DNA of 64,000 bases from a virus (lineage: Duplodnaviria > Caudoviricetes). The stretch is from positions 38,277 through 102,276 of IMG/VR virus record IMGVR_UViG_3300027986_000008; one strand, 5' to 3'. Below, piece after piece: positions 51,646 to 61,785 of the stretch. The notes beneath the pieces are model-generated. The model saw only the letters and a list, made by a program, of their open reading frames with translations, was not told the origin of the DNA and searched no databases. The stretch's first letter is position 1, and every line of letters starts with the position of its first letter. The position numbers and the translations under genes were made by a program.

Positions 51646-52145
51646 AGCCTCTCGTCATAGGACAAGCTCCGAGCAGGACCAGCGATCCGACGAAGCCGCT
51701 GGCGGGGGAACCTCTGGCCTCCCGCCTCGCCGCTCTATTCGGCATGGACGTAGAATCCTACCTCGCGGCGACGGATCGGAGGAATCTGCTCGGAGCTTGG
51801 CCGGGGAAGTCATCTAAAGGGGATCGGTTTCCGATAGCCGAGGCCCGTAGGATGGCATTTCAGATCGACCTGGATGGAAGGCACGTCCTCTTCGTCGGCA
51901 TCGCGACCGCGGCTGCCTTTGGCCCGGAGGCCGTACGAAAGGCAGCTGAAGGTCAACGCGGCAGGAAGTTATCAGCAGAATGCCGACGCAAGATTAGCGA
52001 GGCTCTACGTGGAAGGCAATTTACTCCGGAATGGAGAGAGAAGATGAGTCTCGCTCACTCCGGAAAGCCGCTCAGCAAAGAGTACGTAGCTAATGCAGCC
52101 GCTGCTCACCTTGGAATGAAATACAACAGGAGAAATTTAAAGTGA
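51642..52145 (+). pseudogene. uracil-DNA glycosylase-like N-half fused to NUMOD3-like tail
   Basis: VIGQAP...NLL..WPG...VLFVG..A.AFG, then RKISEALRG/EKMSLAH repeats; no HPS motif. Confidence 0.55.
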
Positions 52146-52897
52146 GTGAAATCACCAGAGAAAACCCTATCGCCGGAGTCTATGACAATACGAATCCGGG
52201 GGTGAAATGGGAATTTGATGAGAAGGTGACCGAAGCGTTTCCTTCAATGTTAGAAAGATCTATCCCATCATATAACGTGATGCGGAGCCTGTGCTTCGAC
52301 CTGGCCTGCGAGTACGTCCGACCGGGAGCCGACGTCCTCGACCTCGGCTGCTCGCGCGGCGACGCGATCATGCCGCTCGTGGAGAAGTACGCGGTCCAGA
52401 ACCGGTTCTTCGGAGTGGAGGTCTCTCCTCCGATGCTGGAGATCTGCCGCTCGCGGTTCGAGCGCTGGATCAACCTCGACGTCGTGAAAATCCTCGACAC
52501 GGACCTCCGCACGGCATATCCTCCGGTCCACGCTTGCGTGACGATGGCCATCCTGACGATCCAGTTCGTGCCGATCGAGCACCGTCTGAAGATCCTCCGG
52601 AACATCTACAAGCACACGAACGTGAACGGCGCGTTGATCATGGTCGAGAAGGTCATCGGATCGTCCGCGGAGATGGACGGCCTCCTCGTCAAGCACTACT
52701 ACAAGATGAAGGCTGAGAACGGCTACACGCAGGAGCAGATCGACCGGAAGCGGATGGCCCTCGAAGGTGTCCTCGTCCCGGTCGGAGCGGCCTACAACGA
52801 GGACCTTCTCCGGAGCGCTGGCTTCTCTCACGTCGAGCGGTTCTGGCAGCACCTGAACTTCGCCGGTTGGATCGCAGTGAAGGATCGAGCTGATTAA
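52142..52897 (+). CDS. cmoA: carboxy-S-adenosyl-L-methionine synthase (CmoA-like)
   Basis: WEFDEKV..FPSMLERSIPSY, DLGCS.G, LTIQF, EK, KRMALEGVL, W..LNF. Confidence 0.85.
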   Translation: MSEITRENPIAGVYDNTNPGVKWEFDEKVTEAFPSMLERSIPSYNVMRSLCFDLACEYVRPGADVLDLGCSRGDAIMPLVEKYAVQNRFFGVEVSPPMLEICRSRFERWINLDVVKILDTDLRTAYPPVHACVTMAILTIQFVPIEHRLKILRNIYKHTNVNGALIMVEKVIGSSAEMDGLLVKHYYKMKAENGYTQEQIDRKRMALEGVLVPVGAAYNEDLLRSAGFSHVERFWQHLNFAGWIAVKDRAD

Positions 52898-53410
52898 GGT
52901 TTCTAACGGTTCCTTGGCGCGTCGGGGCGGACAACTTTTCTAATCGGGTGGCGACCTAACCGCCAGAAGAAGTCTTTCTAGGTGGAGAAGATAAAACCGT
53001 CCGGCCTGTGCAGATCGTTGAAGGCACCGCCTCGCGCGCTCGGGAAGAGGGAGAGAGAAGGAAATGATGACTCAGGCAGGGTTATTCGAGCCAGTCCTTC
53101 CGAAGGAGTTGACCGGCATACCTCTCAAGGTCGCGTCGATCCTCTATGACAACCGCGGCAAGGGCGCAGTAATGATAATGAGGTCAGAGCCGTGACTTTG
53201 CTTCTACCATGAGGACCGACCGGCCACGCGGGTGATAAATGTTCCCTGTGCTCCCGGAGGAGGACTCCCGGCCTGCGATGAGTGCTTCGACTCTGACGGA
53301 GGATCGGAGCTGCGGAAGGCTCTCTTCGAGAAATACTTTAACCAGCACCATAACCGCGTCCAGGAGATGAGAGCGAAGGACGCCGCACGAAAGATACAGG
53401 AGAACTGATC

Positions 53411-53842
53411 GTGTCGACATCTACGGCGTCTCCGCTCGTTCCGTGCCAGCTGATGCACCTCCATCGAGTGCCGACTCAGATCCGGAGGAGGAGGAATCGG
53501 TCGGAGTTCTTCCTCTGTCCGAAGGGGTGCGGGAAGAAGTTCTGCGGCGAGAAGCGGCTCGCGAACCACGTCACGACGTGCCAGGGCGAAGAGCCTCGCA
53601 CGAATCGACGGTGCTGGTGCGGAGCGAAGTGCCCTCCGGACACGCGGGCTTGCTTCCGTCATACGTTCAAGACTCCGGAGTTCGCCGTCCTCGATGCTCT
53701 CATAGAGATGGGATACGGAGACCGGCGGCAGTACCGGATAGGAAAGAGCGTGATGGCAGAGGCATGGGCGAAGGGAGTAGAGATGACGGAGAAGGCTCGC
53801 CTAGAATGGATTAAGGCCGTGTCGAAAGCGAGAACGTTATGA
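53411..53842 (+). CDS. Cys/His-rich zinc-finger protein
   Basis: CPKGCGKKF.....LANH...C; CWCGAKC...CFRH. Confidence 0.55.
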   Translation: MSTSTASPLVPCQLMHLHRVPTQIRRRRNRSEFFLCPKGCGKKFCGEKRLANHVTTCQGEEPRTNRRCWCGAKCPPDTRACFRHTFKTPEFAVLDALIEMGYGDRRQYRIGKSVMAEAWAKGVEMTEKARLEWIKAVSKARTL

Positions 53843-54174
53843 GCGACGAAGAGATCATCTGCGAATTCATGGAGGCGAGACCGAACGATGCTCCTGGATT
53901 TATGACGGCCTGGAGTTCGAAGGTCGCAGCTTGGTGGATTAAGCGTCCGGACGACGAGGACGGAGTTTTTCGGTGGCATCACAGGTATCTGGGGCTTGAC
54001 GTCCTTCACGAAGTTGAGGCGCGGCTAATAGCTTTAGGATGCCGTGCCAACATCGACAATCTCTTGAGCCAAGAAGTCTGGAGGGACGCTTCGGAGGCTT
54101 CTACTTAGCACGCCTCCGCCGCTCAGAAAATCAGGGCGCTTGCCGCCGTTCTACGGCCGGAGGTGGAGAAGTGA
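53839..54174 (+). pseudogene. hypothetical phage protein with in-frame TAG at 54106
   Basis: Frame continues *HASAAQKIRALAAVLR to a TGA overlapping the next GTG. Confidence 0.5.
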
Positions 54175-54400
54175 AGAGACTGCTTTCGATCTTTCGTTGC
54201 TCTCATGAGAAAATGACCGTACCGATTACTCTAAAGAATTCTCGCGGTATCTCAGGGCAGACCTACATCCGCTGCCTCGATTGCGGGAAGGCTTTCGACT
54301 ATTCATGGAATGAGATGCGCATCCTCGGTCCGTCTGCCGAGCCGGAGATCCTCACGCGTTGTCCAGTTGAGGCTGCGAAGGATATGAACTGGAGGCTAAC

Positions 54401-54856
54401 GTGATCGGAGAGCTTTCGATACTCAACGTAGGAGTCGGAGACGTGAAGATCAGCTTCGATAACGGAGACTTGGCCGATGTGATCCGCGCGAAGAGGATCA
54501 TCGCCGACATGCTGAGGAGAGGCTATGCCCTGATCGTAGAGGTCGAGCGAGATGGAGAGAAGAAGTATGAGCGCGTCCAGGAGTTCGACGAGGCCTGCGG
54601 CGAGTACATCATAGCAGACTTCACTCCCGTTGAGAGCCGATCCGATCCGAGGCCGCTCGGCCCTCAGCCTCCGAGCACTGAAGAGATGGAGCAGGCCGTC
54701 GAGCAGATAGCCGATGCCGTGAAAGCCGAGCGCTATGCAAGCCTTTGCAAGTGCGGACGTCCGGCTCACCACCGAGGAGCTTGCAAAGGTCCGCGGAAGC
54801 GACTCTCTATGGAGACGACGAAGGCTACGGGAATCGGTCGGAGTGCGGGAGGTTAA
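54401..54856 (+). CDS. hypothetical protein ending in SAGG
   Basis: 151 aa, GGAGG RBS. Confidence 0.7.
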   Translation: MIGELSILNVGVGDVKISFDNGDLADVIRAKRIIADMLRRGYALIVEVERDGEKKYERVQEFDEACGEYIIADFTPVESRSDPRPLGPQPPSTEEMEQAVEQIADAVKAERYASLCKCGRPAHHRGACKGPRKRLSMETTKATGIGRSAGG

Positions 54857-55626
54857 GCGGTGCCGGAAGAAGTGGACATCGAATATCAAGAGCGGCTAGC
54901 TGAAGTCCAGGCTGCGATCCGAAGAGGAATCCAGGGACTCGCTACTGATCGGTCAGAGTGGGCCGGAATACCGCTGCCCGTTAAAGACATGCGGATGGTC
55001 ATCCATCCTTCATATCCGTTCGCGGAGCCGGAGCCTGATTAGCCGGATCATCAGGACGTGCCGGTACGGATGTAAGCCGCTGGCGTGCGAAGATCCTCTC
55101 GCGGCCTTCTTCGGCACGTGGAACTTTCCGTCTGACGTGGAGCGCGGAGTGAACCGCTACAAGGTCGGACCTCACGGCTGGATCTATGAGGAGGAGCTTC
55201 GCCGGCTGGAGAGGAACCGACGTGCAGGAATCGTAGCAGAGAGTCCCTTGCAGCCGGGGACCGGAGGCACTTCGGCATAGATCTCTCGGAGGGTCCGGAT
55301 CTCCTCCTCTGAGAGCTTGCGATCGAGCGGACGGACGATGGTCTTCATAGGCACTCCTCCGGTTTGATGATCTGAGGACCGACCGGTGCATCGAGATCCT
55401 CCGGCATGAGGACCTCCGTCGCGGTCGAAGTATCGCTGAAGGTCCGGCCTCTCTTGCCGATAGGTTCCGAACCGAACCGAGTGAAAAAACCGAGCGGCTC
55501 GGATCGCGCGGCTCTTACTGATCGGCTCGTGAAGTCCGATAGAGATGCCTCCGTCAGCTGCGCCGTGACTGACGTATAGCTGCTTGCCGGGATTCTCCTC
55601 GATGATTACCTGGACTTCCTTCTTCG

Positions 55627-56613
55627 TCATGCCGTCTTCTCCTTCCTCTGATTCCACCGTCGATCCCAAGCCTTTCCGTAGATACTCTCCCATATCGGAT
55701 CTCCCACGAGCCGGAGGAAGCAGGCGACGGCCCCTCGAAGCGCCTCATCCTTTAGGTTCTCCTGCTCAATCTCATGGACCTTCGCGGTGCCCCTCTCCTT
55801 GATGTCGATCCGATATTCTCCGGCCTCCCGCATCCCGATCTGCTCCAGGCCCTCGCGGAAGGCTCCGTAATGGCATTGATACTTCGAGCCGAAGAGGGAC
55901 GGATCGACGTCCGCGGCGACTCGGTAGAGCATCCCGGCCACCTGCGTGATCATTACCTCCTCCTGCCAGCAGTGGATGTTCTTCGGCTCGTACAGCCGAT
56001 TGCGGCAGAGAGCGCGGCGGAGCGGCACGACGGATTCTAGCCACTCGCTCTCTCCGGTTCCGGCCCACGTGTCGAGCAGCACGACGTCGTACGACTTCTT
56101 GTTCGGAGCGAGCTGCTTCCCGGCTCCGGCTGCCTTCGAGAACGGGAGGATGTCGGCCTGGATTACCCTGACTGTTCCTCCTCCGAGGTAGTCCTCGATC
56201 ATCTCGATGACCTCCGGCTGCCGCTCGATGATCGTGGCGGAGCGGACGGTCTTCTTCGACGCCACCATCCGCGCAAGAACTCCGAGGCCGAGACCTCCGA
56301 TGAGGACGTGGCCGCGGGCGTACTTAGCTAGCTGAAGCCACATCTGGACGAGTTCGCACGGAAGGTCGCTCATCCACGTTCCGGTCGGACCGTTGAGCTT
56401 GTGAAGGTACGTCTCGGCCTCGATCGGCAAGTCACACGGAGGCATTCCGGAAAGTAGAGCGTCGCGGAAGCTGGCCACGAGGAGCTTCGATCCCGGCTTA
56501 ACGGCCTCTCTCGTTACCTTGTATCGTCCAACCTTCTGCGGCGGAATCATGATGCGGTCTTTCATCAGGCGCTCCGCGAGCGCGAGCAGCTTCTCTTTCG
56601 TAATGGTGTTCAA
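55627..56613 (-). CDS. spermidine-synthase-like SAM-binding protein
   Basis: WMSD, VLIGGLGLG, IIE, DVVLLDTW. Confidence 0.75.
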   Translation of the reverse strand: MNTITKEKLLALAERLMKDRIMIPPQKVGRYKVTREAVKPGSKLLVASFRDALLSGMPPCDLPIEAETYLHKLNGPTGTWMSDLPCELVQMWLQLAKYARGHVLIGGLGLGVLARMVASKKTVRSATIIERQPEVIEMIEDYLGGGTVRVIQADILPFSKAAGAGKQLAPNKKSYDVVLLDTWAGTGESEWLESVVPLRRALCRNRLYEPKNIHCWQEEVMITQVAGMLYRVAADVDPSLFGSKYQCHYGAFREGLEQIGMREAGEYRIDIKERGTAKVHEIEQENLKDEALRGAVACFLRLVGDPIWESIYGKAWDRRWNQRKEKTA

Positions 56614-57293
56614 CTCGATCTCCTTCTTCGAGCTTCCGCTCGACGCTTATGGTTGTGAGGCATTAGGTACGGAGTTCCGGTCCCCTCCGGAAAGAACTCC
56701 CGCAAGGATTCGTGGAACGTGAAGTAGCAGTAGTTGGGATCTTTCAGAGTCGGCAGGAGCATCCTCTGAGCCTCGGCCTTCGAGATCCCGCGAGAGCGGA
56801 TGTAGAAGAGAGCGGCCTCATCGAAGCCTCCGGTCTCCGACAGGAAATGGATGTTGAATCCGTCCTCGTCCGAGAACTGGAGGAACTTCTCCAGATCGAA
56901 GAGATTGTACTCGTGAGGCCAGACGTGGACCGATCCCTTCGGCGTCTGGATGATGGCCTGGTGCAGGCCGGAGTTCGTGGTCATCGTCGGGACCGCGAAG
57001 TAGACGGAGAGGTAAGGGATCTCGATCTCTTCGACGAGCCTCTCCTCTACACGCTCTCCCTCTCTCCCCTCTTTTCCGGAGACCCGTGTGCCTACCAACC
57101 GTCCGACACGGATATTCATCAACGTGATGATCCAGGCTCCGTCATCCGGGAGCTTCTTCCCGAAGTCCTCCGGATAGTCGAACTGCGCTGCGCCGAGTTC
57201 ATATAGCTCGCATCTTCGCTTCCGGTCATACTCGACTCGCTCAGGATTCGGAATCGTCTTCGGAGGAGCCTTCGGCTTCTTCTTCGTCTCCAT
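56610..57293 (-). CDS. hypothetical protein with SufB/SufD C-terminal motif
   Basis: FDEAALFYIRSRGISKAEAQRMLL. Confidence 0.65.
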   Translation of the reverse strand: METKKKPKAPPKTIPNPERVEYDRKRRCELYELGAAQFDYPEDFGKKLPDDGAWIITLMNIRVGRLVGTRVSGKEGREGERVEERLVEEIEIPYLSVYFAVPTMTTNSGLHQAIIQTPKGSVHVWPHEYNLFDLEKFLQFSDEDGFNIHFLSETGGFDEAALFYIRSRGISKAEAQRMLLPTLKDPNYCYFTFHESLREFFPEGTGTPYLMPHNHKRRAEARRRRSS

Positions 57294-57408
57294 GCTTCTC
57301 TCCCTTCTCTCTGGTATCGATCTCCGCTCCCATATCGCGCAAGAGTTCGACCTGCTTGCGCTCCATCTCCTCTAGGTCTGCCGGTCGATGCTCCGGAGCG
57401 AACGGCCT

Positions 57409-57780
57409 CTAAACCGACGACTGGCCTCCGTCAATTCGGATAGAGACGTTCTCCGAGACGGCTCGACCGGAGAAGCCGACCGGGAATCGCTTACCGGGAA
57501 AACACCATAGCCAGAACTGATTCGAGGTGTCGACCAACCGGCTCTCAGCCGGAAAGAGTTGGATGGCCTCCTCCTCCGGACCGATCAGCTCGTTCTTGAT
57601 CCGCTGCACGTCTCTCCAGTCAAAGATCGGCTTCCGGTCCTCTCGCCGGATGGAGAGGCAGACTAGCACGACCTCTCCTTCTTCGTTTCGCTCCTCGCGC
57701 TTGATGGCCTGATACTTCCCGTTGTAGAAGGAGCGGCTGCCTCCGATCAGCCGCCCCTCGATGAAAGGGTTCCACTTCAC
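57409..57780 (-). CDS. conserved phage protein, probably truncated by TAG
   Basis: LSIRR.D..P..DWRD.Q.IKNEL.G.E.EA....PAESRLVD..NQ..LW; frame continues *RPF. Confidence 0.65.
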   Translation of the reverse strand: MKWNPFIEGRLIGGSRSFYNGKYQAIKREERNEEGEVVLVCLSIRREDRKPIFDWRDVQRIKNELIGPEEEAIQLFPAESRLVDTSNQFWLWCFPGKRFPVGFSGRAVSENVSIRIDGGQSSV

Positions 57781-58220
57781 GAGAGTTCCTCCATCTCTCC
57801 GGCTCCGACCTCGTCCTTCCAGTCCGGGAACGGAACGGTCATGATGATCGGTTCGGCATCCTTGACCGGATACGTGACCTTGACTTCACCTTCGAAAGAG
57901 ACCGTGTAGAAATGCTTCGGCCTTTTCCCCTTGCCTTCATAGCGGTCATCTCCGCTCGCAGATTCGCTCGTGATCTCCATCAGGACTCCTTCGAGTTCGA
58001 GATCCGGCTCCGTGACTCCGGCTTTCTTGAGAGACTCGATGATCTCGTCCGTCATATCGATCTCGACGTCGAAGGTCGTCTCCTTGGCTTCCTCCGCGCA
58101 GCAGGCCGTGGTGAGAAACAGCCGGACGGTGCCTGTAACGATGCCGTTCTCGACCTCGATCTCGACTTCCGGCTCCGCAATATCGAACGACGGGAACTTA
58201 TGGCAGGACGGGCAGATCAT
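57777..58220 (-). CDS. acidic hypothetical protein with CxxC
   Basis: 147 aa, coupled ORF. Confidence 0.6.
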   Translation of the reverse strand: MICPSCHKFPSFDIAEPEVEIEVENGIVTGTVRLFLTTACCAEEAKETTFDVEIDMTDEIIESLKKAGVTEPDLELEGVLMEITSESASGDDRYEGKGKRPKHFYTVSFEGEVKVTYPVKDAEPIIMTVPFPDWKDEVGAGEMEELS

Positions 58221-58636
58221 TTATTTCCTCCTTCTTCCGCTACCGAAAGGACGACGGGCTTGATGGAGACCGTCGCGCCTTTAATCGAATAGACCGGAAT
58301 CGTCGATAGCAGTGAATAGCATGAGTACCCGATGATTCCGAGCGAGCTATTCCCGACCACTCCAGTCGTCGCCGGTACGATGAACGTTTGGTACGCGGGG
58401 ATTCCTCCGAGAACATATCCGACCGTTACGGTGACGGATGAGACCTCGTTCTGTGGGTCCGGGAAGCATCCGTTTATGGCCGAGAGATAGGTCACCGAAC
58501 CGCTCGAAGTCTGAACGGTCTGGTGGAAATCGTAAGCGTTGAACGAGGTTCCGTTCTTCGTCAGGTGAATGGGTTGGGCGCTCAGCACGGCGGCGAGAGC
58601 GATCAGGATCGTTGAAATGGCGGCGATGCGTTTCAT
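58217..58636 (-). CDS. small secreted protein
   Basis: MKRIAAISTILIALAAVLSA-Q; two Cys. Confidence 0.7.
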   Translation of the reverse strand: MKRIAAISTILIALAAVLSAQPIHLTKNGTSFNAYDFHQTVQTSSGSVTYLSAINGCFPDPQNEVSSVTVTVGYVLGGIPAYQTFIVPATTGVVGNSSLGIIGYSCYSLLSTIPVYSIKGATVSIKPVVLSVAEEGGNK

Positions 58637-58681
58637 GTTCGTTGGTTTCCTTTTCTTTCTGATTTGAATTCGGATACGGTT

Positions 58682-59683
58682 TTAGTCTTCGAGCGAGATC
58701 GCACGCGTATTGCCTTCGACCACGAGCAGGTCGAGCTGCGTCTTGATCTTCTCGAAGTCGGCCTTCATCATGTCCTTCAGGTCCTGATCTTTCTTCAGGG
58801 TCTTCGGATCGACTCCGGCCAGGAGCTTCTTCATATCTCCGGCGATCTTCGCGAGTTCCTTATCGTCCGCGACGTTCATCACGTCGAAGGAGTCAAGGAA
58901 CTCGGAGACGTTCGTCACCGCGCTCGCGTGGAGGCGCTTCGGCTTCCCGGTCTCGTCCGGAGTGAGCCGCTCGATCAGGTGGTTCGTGAGGTTGAGGAGT
59001 TGGGCGCGCTTCATCTGGATGATCTCCTCCGTTACGGTCTTGATGTCGTTCGCGGCCTTCTCCGCCTCCATCTTGAAGATCTCCTTCTTGATTTCGCGGA
59101 GCTTCGTCGGAGTCTCGAACGAGACCCAATGAAACTCGAAGGCAAACTGATTCTCGACCGATGCCGCCGTCGGGTAGTCGAACGTGCTGCCGCAGCCGCG
59201 GAGCCGGTCCATCGACGCCTTCTTCTCCTCCTCGTAGACGGCGAGGAACTTCTTGACGAGTTCGGCGCGCTTCGGTCCGTACTCGACGAGCCAGTCAGTA
59301 ACCTCCTCGACCTTCGCGTACGGAATCAAGTAGAAGCCGGAGCGGAACGGGCTGGCGAGCGCGACTTCGCGGACTTGATTCTTCATCTGCGAGTCGGCGC
59401 GCTGAATGTTCGTGAGCGGCTTCGACACGAAGAGCTTCTTCGTGACGCGGATGACCTCCTTGTCGGCGTCGATGACGACGGGAGCGGCTTCGAGATCGCT
59501 CTGGCTCTGAAGAAGGTCCTCGGCATCCTTCTCGACGATCTTCGAGGAGGCCAGCCTGCGGCTGTTGCCGAGGAAGCCGAAGTGGAGGTGAAGGCAAAGC
59601 GTTTTCGCCGTAATGTTTGGGGACGGCGGAGGAGCGGTAACCGGTGCTCCGTTCGTCGCGAGGTTTTCCATAGTCGTAGCCAT
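58682..59683 (-). CDS. DUF3150-like helical protein
   Basis: K.L...L..I, PF..G.YLIP, F...Y, DYP....V...F.F. Confidence 0.55.
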   Translation of the reverse strand: MATTMENLATNGAPVTAPPPSPNITAKTLCLHLHFGFLGNSRRLASSKIVEKDAEDLLQSQSDLEAAPVVIDADKEVIRVTKKLFVSKPLTNIQRADSQMKNQVREVALASPFRSGFYLIPYAKVEEVTDWLVEYGPKRAELVKKFLAVYEEEKKASMDRLRGCGSTFDYPTAASVENQFAFEFHWVSFETPTKLREIKKEIFKMEAEKAANDIKTVTEEIIQMKRAQLLNLTNHLIERLTPDETGKPKRLHASAVTNVSEFLDSFDVMNVADDKELAKIAGDMKKLLAGVDPKTLKKDQDLKDMMKADFEKIKTQLDLLVVEGNTRAISLED

Positions 59684-59730
59684 ATCGTTTTAGATTCCTT
59701 TCGTTTCGATCTTGTTCGGTTGGGATTAAA

Positions 59731-60396
59731 CTACTTCGACTTCAGAGGGGAAAGAGGGAAGCCGGTTATCTCGACGAGTCCGCCTTCCTCGACGCTGACC
59801 TCCACCGAGAGCGGAGGAAAGTCTGCGTGAGAGTAGCGAGACGTCAGAAGCTCAACGTGCTGGTTGCTCGAAGAGATGAGCCGAGCATCCGTCCGAGCAT
59901 AGAGCGTAGTGTCGAGAGCCGGATCAACCGGCTTCGTGACGTCAAAGCGTCCGCAAATCGCGAAGTCGAGCTGCCTGCGGAGGAAGTGCCACATAACCGG
60001 CCTCGGATCTACTTCTTCATCCGGAGCAACATTTGCGATCTCCTCTCGCACTTCATACTCTCCGTTTACAAGCTCGCGGAGGTCATAGCCGGTGAAGATC
60101 CCGGCGCTCCAATCCGGCCTCCGCAGCTTGATCTGGTAGATGAGGTGATAGACGGAGAGAGGCTGGTGCATCGGTTCTCCTCCGCTGATCGTGATCCCCT
60201 TCGTGCCGACCTCGGCATCCTGAAGGATCTTCTTGGCCAGTTCGAGCGGATCGTATTCGATTCCGGCATCGAAGGAGTGCGTGGCCGGGTTCCAACAGCC
60301 GGGGCATTTGAGTGAGCAGCCTTGCGTCCAAATGACACTCCGGAGTTCCGGTCCGTTGACGCGGCTGCCGTGTAAAATACTGTGAATTCTGATCAT
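59731..60396 (-). CDS. NrdG-like radical SAM activase
   Basis: NGP..R.VIWTQGCSLKCPGCWNP, GITISGGEP, SSNQ. Confidence 0.85.
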   Translation of the reverse strand: MIRIHSILHGSRVNGPELRSVIWTQGCSLKCPGCWNPATHSFDAGIEYDPLELAKKILQDAEVGTKGITISGGEPMHQPLSVYHLIYQIKLRRPDWSAGIFTGYDLRELVNGEYEVREEIANVAPDEEVDPRPVMWHFLRRQLDFAICGRFDVTKPVDPALDTTLYARTDARLISSSNQHVELLTSRYSHADFPPLSVEVSVEEGGLVEITGFPLSPLKSK

Positions 60397-61785
60397 GTGT
60401 TTTTATGCGTAGCGGTTGCGTACGAAATAGTCGATCTTATAGCGTTTTCCCGTCCACTCAACGGCCTTAGCAAAGGCTTCACGACGGGCCTCTGGCGTAT
60501 GGCTTGATTCTTTGAATACGTAGCAGCCGTAGTCCCAGTGGAATGGACTGGTTTCGGTTCCAAGATTAAACTTCGGACGCCATACCTTCCAGCCATCACG
60601 CCACGAGTTGCGCGTTCCTTGGCATCTGCGTTGGGCATATTGCTACGTCCGGAAGCTGCTTTTCTCGCGCAGCTATAAGCTGGTCGTAAGTATTGATGAT
60701 GCTTTCAATGCTCAAGATTCCCTCCTTGCCGGAGGAACGGAGAGCGTGTCTCCGAAGCGGGTCTCTACCACCTCATGAAGATGGACGAGGTAGCGGAGCC
60801 GGATCTTCTGGTAGATCGAGTCTTCAGATTCGGAATCGACGGAGCGCTTGCGGACGATCTGCTGGCCGCAGGAGCAGTCCGCATGCGCATCGTTCCCGGA
60901 GAGGATCACGAGAGAGTGGTTCATCGCTTCTCCTTTCGAGGATCTTTAAGGTTATAGATCCGCTCCAACGCGCAGAGCTGGACCATGCGGATGCGGAAGT
61001 CTTCGAACGCGAGCGAGCCTCCGCAGGAGCGGCACTTCTGCTCATCGAGTTCGGCCGTGGAGAGTTCGCCGACGCAGTGAGGGCAGATTGACGTGACGCG
61101 ATTCACGAGTTCTCCTTTCCGATGTTCTCCGGATGCCGGAGTCCTTTGTATTGGAGGCCGGGGAATCGATCCTCCGGAACCGGCAGGCCGGTCGTGGGAT
61201 GATCGAGGATGGTTGGGGCATCCGACGACTTCCGGGACGGTATCGAGTAAGCGTCAGCTCGATACCAGGACGGATTCTCCCCCATGCAGAAGACGCGACA
61301 GCCGTGGAGCGTATCGCTGATGAATGGGCTGCCGTGCTTGTCGAGGTAGACCATTCGCTTCGCTATGACCTCCAACTCGAAGACTCCGTTTAGGTAGAAC
61401 CGCTCGGCAACGGCGAACTTGCCGACTCGCTTCGTCTTGTCCATTTACCAGTACCTCCCTTGCGCATGGGCCTTCTCAATCTTCGCGTGATCCTCCTCGA
61501 AGTCCGGAGGAACGTCCGAGAGGTCGATACCCTTCACGCGATACGATCCGTAATTACGAGAGCTGAATACTCCTCGCTTGTCGACCCCCGAGAATGAGGC
61601 AACGCTCGGCCAGCCGGTGTTCCTCGGCCTTATCCGGTCGATCACGTATATGCTGTTCTCGTTATAAGTGGATCGGAGGTCTAGGAGGTAGCGGTCGCAG
61701 AGAGTCTTCAGCTCTCGCTCAAACTTGCGGAGCCGGTCTACGCAGTGATCGTTCGCGATGATGATCGGCTTCTTCTTCGGAGTCT

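Noticed and set aside
52142-52897. cmoA as a host tRNA-modification gene
   Set aside because: Embedded and translationally coupled among phage genes, no cmoB nearby, and linked to an MTase with the Cx-SAM-compatible substitution
54106-57411. Amber stop recoding (TAG=Gln)
   Set aside because: Many well-defined genes end in TAG (87, 3726, 12120, 18955, 29122) just before the next gene; two internal TAGs are better explained as nonsense mutations
58664-59830. Long antisense ORFs (also 3677-4585, 27836-28768, 36105-36914)
   Set aside because: Shadow frames of GC-rich genes with recognisable products on the other strand
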